Origin: Klebsiella phage EI
Length of the DNA stretch: 64,000 bases
Reading direction: 5' to 3' (one strand)
Sequence record: MN106245.1
The first letter of the stretch is position 1; the number at the start of each line of letters is the position of its first letter. The notes under the pieces were generated by a model. It searched no databases, was not told the origin of the DNA, and saw only the letters and a list, made by a program, of their open reading frames with translations. Shown here one piece after another: positions 60,006 through 64,000 of this stretch. Both the position numbers and the translations under genes were made by a program.

Positions 60006-63000
60006 ATGGCCGATCAAAACTTAAAACAAATACAATTTAAAAGAACTAGCACAGAGAATAAAGCACCAGGTGCAGATATCGTAGCCCGTGGCGAAATCGC
60101 ATTGAATACCCATGGTCGTACTCTTGCCATTTATACTAAAGATGAAAATGATAAAGTAGTACAGTTAGCTGGTAAAGGTGTTCCATTTTTAGATACCTCC
60201 GGTACCCTTAGTGTTGGTGGAACCACCACATTAAAAGATAACGTTACTATTTCTCCAAATAAAGCAATTAGTTTTGAAACCACTGATTTAAGCGGTGAAA
60301 TAACACGCCATATTGTCGGTAAATGCGCTACTAATGATGGGTGGTATATTGGATCCGGTGGTACAAGCAATAGCGGTATTCTTGAGATCGGTACTATTGA
60401 CGACGGGAATGAAACCATCCAATTCGTACAGCGTGGGGCCGGAAATATAGAAGCCAGAAAATTAGTTTTACTTGATGGCTCTGGTAATACTACTCTTCCA
60501 GGCGATTTAAGATTAACTACTAATAAAGCCGTTAAAATTAGTAATGGAAGTGACCTTGTTCTTGAAATGGGTGTAGGCGCTAATGACGTTTATATTAAAA
60601 ACCAGCGAGGCATAGGGGTTCTTCAACTAACTAATGATAGTAATCTGACGTTTAGAAGTTCCCAGGTTTATTACGCCATGGATGGAAGAGGTCCTGGTAA
60701 ATCCGGTACTCTTCTGACAAACGTAGAAAATGAGCGCCAGCTTAAACAGGATAATTTCCCTATAACTACCGGTTCCGAAACTAGATGGACTAAAGTTGCT
60801 CTTTTAAAAGACCCTGGATCAAGCCAGAGCCGCCTGCAATTAATGGTGACTAATGGCGGTAATTATGGCAGTACTTACAGCTCTATCGACTTTATCGATT
60901 GTAGCGCTAGAAACTTTCCATCTTCGTTAACAAGCAGTAACATTCGTAACCACCTACAGGTCCGTCGTCTCGGTAATCCAGCGCTTGATGACACAAACCA
61001 ATTGCGTTATAGTTTAATTCTTACCTCTGAAGGTTTAGAACTGTGGTTTATGCAACGAGCATTCATCGGTGGTGTTAAAGTTGCACTGTTATCTATTGCT
61101 GGTGGTACTGAATATTATCTACCTAACGGTTACACGTCTTCTTCAACTGCACCAGAAGGTTTAGTTGAGAGTACAGCTATTCGTATCTATGATGAATTTA
61201 ACAAGCCTAACATTGACGGTGGTACTGAGGGTATTCTGCCTATTAGCAGAGGCGGTACCGGCGGCACTTCTTCTGCTGCTGCTCGTAATAACTTAGGTCT
61301 AGGTACTGCTGCTATTCGCGACGTCGGCGAATCCACCGGCAACCTTTTAGAAAACGGTGCTTACGGTTTAGGTGGTAATGGTGGTAAATCCATCAACGAC
61401 ATTATCTCTAATGCGGATATGCTGAATCGTTTAAAAGCATATGGCGGTACTTTCTGGCGTGGTGTTACTAAATCTGGTGTTAGCGTTCAAAATGGCCTTT
61501 ATAGCCACGGCTCCGGTATTTTTATGAATGCTGGTGATACCATGTCAGCTATTAATATCGACTATGCTAGTGCTAAAGTTCGTGTATATGCAGCTAACAA
61601 CAGTGGTCTTGCTGCAGGAAATGTTAACTATAACGAACTTTACGGTACAGCAAATAAACCGTCTAAGGCCGACGTAGGGCTTGGTAATCTGACAAACGAC
61701 ACCCAGGTTAAAAAAGCCGGCGACACCATGACCGGTGATTTGACGGTTCCTAATTTACATGCTTCCGGTACCGGCACCGCATCGGTATATGTTAATGCCG
61801 GGACTGGGAATGCACATGTATGGTTTAGAACCGATGGTAATGAACGCGGTGTAATCTGGGCAACACCTAATACTACGGATTTAGGTCAGATTAATATTCG
61901 TGCAAAAACCACAGCTGGTGTTTCTGCTGGTGATTTTAGCTTCCGTTCTGATGGCCGCCTTGATGTCCCTGTAGCGGTTAAAATTGGCGGTGCCGCAATG
62001 TTAACTAAAGACGGGAACATCACCTCCGGCTCTATGTTTGGTGGTAACCTTAACAACTACTTGACTTCTATTAAAAATGATATCACCGCTGGTGATAGTA
62101 AGCAAGTAAGTAAAACCGGTGACACAATGACCGGCAACTTGACTATTAATGCTAACTTAAAAGTCGAAAACCCTAATGGAACAATGGTTGATTTAGGTTC
62201 AGAGAACTCAGACAAGTACAGCAGACTGACCCTCGCGCGAAAAATTGGTGACGGCTCAGCTGTGGCAATGCTTAAAATTACTCCTGAAGGACACGTACAA
62301 TTTGGGTATCAAACTGCAGTTGCTACTCCAGCTCCTAGCAAGTACATCCTAGTTAAACCCGACGGTCTTGCTGTAGAAGGCGATTTGGTTTTTAATCAGA
62401 CATATCGTGGCGCTGAAGATGCAGTTGATATTTCTGATAAGACTATCGACCTTAATAGTCTGATTATTAGGTTCAGTGATTTAGGTACTCGCCAATTGTA
62501 TAAATGTAGGTCGTCTGGTGGCGGAAGTAATATATCAAACAAACCTACCTCTGATGGCAACTTTGTTCTTGAAGTTCTGTCTTTGCGTAAGGTTTCTGAT
62601 ACCGATTGGTCGTGTAAGCAGACCTTTACCACAAAGAACGATGCCGTTGAAGGTGTATATGTTCGCTACGGACAAAACGGCGGATGGTCTGCCTGGAAAG
62701 AGGTTGTCGCAGGTGTTCAACCGATTAATCTTGGCGGTACTGGAGCAACTTCTGTAGCTTCTGCTCGTAATAACCTTGGCGTTGGCGAAGGTCAAACGGT
62801 GACGTTCGGCGGATTGAAAGTTAACGGTATTGGAACAAATGACCCCTATCTAACATTTAAAAATGGGGCCGCAGTTCGCGAAGCCCAAGGTGGTAGTACC
62901 GGTGCATTACTCATATCAGCTTCTTCTACAGCCGCGGCAGGAGCTAAATATATTGCTTTTAGGCCATTCGGTGATTCGTCCAATTCTGAGATTAGAGTTA

Positions 63001-64000
63001 AAGCTAATGGTTCTGATCCTCTGCTTGAATGGTCTTATGGCCCAGGCATTCGTTCAAACGACTCTGGTGCTTTTGTTGTCTATGCAAAAACAGGTCAGGC
63101 ACTCCATTTAAGACCGAACGGCGACAGTGCGAGCCAAGCTACTGTTATCGATCAGAATGGTAAAATGGTTGTCGGTGGTGAGTTCGAGGCGCAGAACTCG
63201 AAAATCACAGGCAACCTGAACGTCTCTGAAGATAACAGAATGATCGTTCTTGGTAAAAACTCTGATATAGGTTTAGTCAAGAAAAACGGTATGCCAGGAA
63301 AAATGGCTATCAGTAAATCTAATTCGTTTACTGTTATGGCATCAACCAATACCAATAACCAAATTAATCCTGCTGACACGTTTAACGACATATTCAAGGT
63401 AGATGCTGACGGAAACCAAACTGTTTATGGAAATGCCCAAATCAATAGACAGTTAACTGTTTCTAGTGCAGCCACTGTTACGGGTACTATTAATGCCAAC
63501 GGCGGTATTATTGTTCCTACTACCAAGTATGTTCAAATTGCCGATGCTCCTACGCAGAATAACCAAGCCACTAACAAGAAATATGTTGATGATAAGGTTG
63601 CTTCTGCTATTAGTAATGCTGGCGACACGTATCTTCCATTAGCGGGTGGTACTGTAACTGGTAGATTAATAATTACAGGTGATCAGTTAAAAACTACATC
63701 GCTCTGGGTTACCGGAGCTTCGGCCCTTAACGGTAATTTAGAAGTAGGCGGTAATGTTGTTAGTAATACTGGTATTGGTAGTTTTGTTGGTGCTGTAGAT
63801 GTTAAGGCCCCTGCCGTAGATAATGGTACAACGCACCTTTGGTTCCGACATTCTAATGGTGGCGAGCGTGGTGTGATTTACATGCCAGGTAACAATAATA
63901 CCATGATGGGATTAAGAGCCGCTTCTAGTGAATGGCAATTCCACGGTGCTACAGGACAAATTACTGGCCCTGGAGCGCGTTGGACGTTGCATTCTGACGG
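60006..64000 (+). CDS. 37: long tail fiber distal subunit gp37 (3' end beyond the window)
   Basis: MADQNLKQIQFKRTSTENKAPGADIVARGEIALN... matches the T4 gp37 start. No complete stop-bounded + strand ORF is listed for 60006-64000 and spot-translated segments near 61.8 kb and 63.8-64.0 kb stay in frame 0, so the frame appears open to the window end (1331 or more codons, longer than T4 gp37). Confidence 0.85.
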   Translation, partial: MADQNLKQIQFKRTSTENKAPGADIVARGEIALNTHGRTLAIYTKDENDKVVQLAGKGVPFLDTSGTLSVGGTTTLKDNVTISPNKAISFETTDLSGEITRHIVGKCATNDGWYIGSGGTSNSGILEIGTIDDGNETIQFVQRGAGNIEARKLVLLDGSGNTTLPGDLRLTTNKAVKISNGSDLVLEMGVGANDVYIKNQRGIGVLQLTNDSNLTFRSSQVYYAMDGRGPGKSGTLLTNVENERQLKQDNFPITTGSETRWTKVALLKDPGSSQSRLQLMVTNGGNYGSTYSSIDFIDCSARNFPSSLTSSNIRNHLQVRRLGNPALDDTNQLRYSLILTSEGLELWFMQRAFIGGVKVALLSIAGGTEYYLPNGYTSSSTAPEGLVESTAIRIYDEFNKPNIDGGTEGILPISRGGTGGTSSAAARNNLGLGTAAIRDVGESTGNLLENGAYGLGGNGGKSINDIISNADMLNRLKAYGGTFWRGVTKSGVSVQNGLYSHGSGIFMNAGDTMSAINIDYASAKVRVYAANNSGLAAGNVNYNELYGTANKPSKADVGLGNLTNDTQVKKAGDTMTGDLTVPNLHASGTGTASVYVNAGTGNAHVWFRTDGNERGVIWATPNTTDLGQINIRAKTTAGVSAGDFSFRSDGRLDVPVAVKIGGAAMLTKDGNITSGSMFGGNLNNYLTSIKNDITAGDSKQVSKTGDTMTGNLTINANLKVENPNGTMVDLGSENSDKYSRLTLARKIGDGSAVAMLKITPEGHVQFGYQTAVATPAPSKYILVKPDGLAVEGDLVFNQTYRGAEDAVDISDKTIDLNSLIIRFSDLGTRQLYKCRSSGGGSNISNKPTSDGNFVLEVLSLRKVSDTDWSCKQTFTTKNDAVEGVYVRYGQNGGWSAWKEVVAGVQPINLGGTGATSVASARNNLGVGEGQTVTFGGLKVNGIGTNDPYLTFKNGAAVREAQGGSTGALLISASSTAAAGAKYIAFRPFGDSSNSEIRVKANGSDPLLEWSYGPGIRSNDSGAFVVYAKTGQALHLRPNGDSASQATVIDQNGKMVVGGEFEAQNSKITGNLNVSEDNRMIVLGKNSDIGLVKKNGMPGKMAISKSNSFTVMASTNTNNQINPADTFNDIFKVDADGNQTVYGNAQINRQLTVSSAATVTGTINANGGIIVPTTKYVQIADAPTQNNQATNKKYVDDKVASAISNAGDTYLPLAGGTVTGRLIITGDQLKTTSLWVTGASALNGNLEVGGNVVSNTGIGSFVGAVDVKAPAVDNGTTHLWFRHSNGGERGVIYMPGNNNTMMGLRAASSEWQFHGATGQITGPGARWTLHSD

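Overview
The window is a 64-kb slice of a T4-like (Tevenvirinae) myovirus genome. Gene order and orientation match the T4 map from gene 17 to gene 37, and coding density is about 95%. The + strand carries the late structural block. This starts with the terminase large subunit (3' end) and the tail sheath gp18, tube gp19, portal gp20, prohead core gp67/gp68, prohead protease gp21, scaffold gp22 and major capsid gp23. Next come two tandem gp24 vertex paralogs, then uvsW/uvsW.1, baseplate hub genes gp51-27-28-29-48-54 and tail fiber genes gp34-35-36-37 (gp37 runs off the end of the window). The - strand carries the early/middle genes: rnlB, hoc, inh, uvsY, gp25, gp26, alt, DNA ligase gp30, the 30.x cluster, rIII, gp31, cd, pseT, the spanin pair, alc, rnlA, denA, nrdB, nrdA, td, frd, gp32, gp59, gp33, dsbA and rnh. 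Departures from T4: (i) a host-like class I-alpha DAHP synthase (AroG-type) sits in the cd-pseT hyperplastic region, next to an HNH endonuclease and a disrupted GIY-YIG seg-like endonuclease. (ii) nrdB is split by a 1090-nt group I intron carrying an I-TevIII-like HNH endonuclease that is frameshifted near its N-terminus. (iii) td is split by a short, 315-nt ORF-less group I intron related to the nrdB intron. (iv) portal gene 20 carries an in-frame TGA immediately before an A10 run. (v) gp24 is duplicated in tandem with homogenised 3' ends. (vi) a DprA/SLOG-like Rossmann protein is translationally coupled to rnlB. (vii) a 340-bp ORF-free, relatively GC-rich, stem-rich region lies between rIII and the 30.x genes. 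(viii) a tandem pair of paralogous small ORFs separates frd from td. Canonical T4 late promoters (TATAAATA) precede genes 18, 19, 20, 22, 24, uvsW, 51, 34 and 36, and two are palindromic and divergent. Several intergenic hairpins present a C(UUCG)G tetraloop on the transcribed strand. No tRNA, rRNA or CRISPR array and no integrase were seen.
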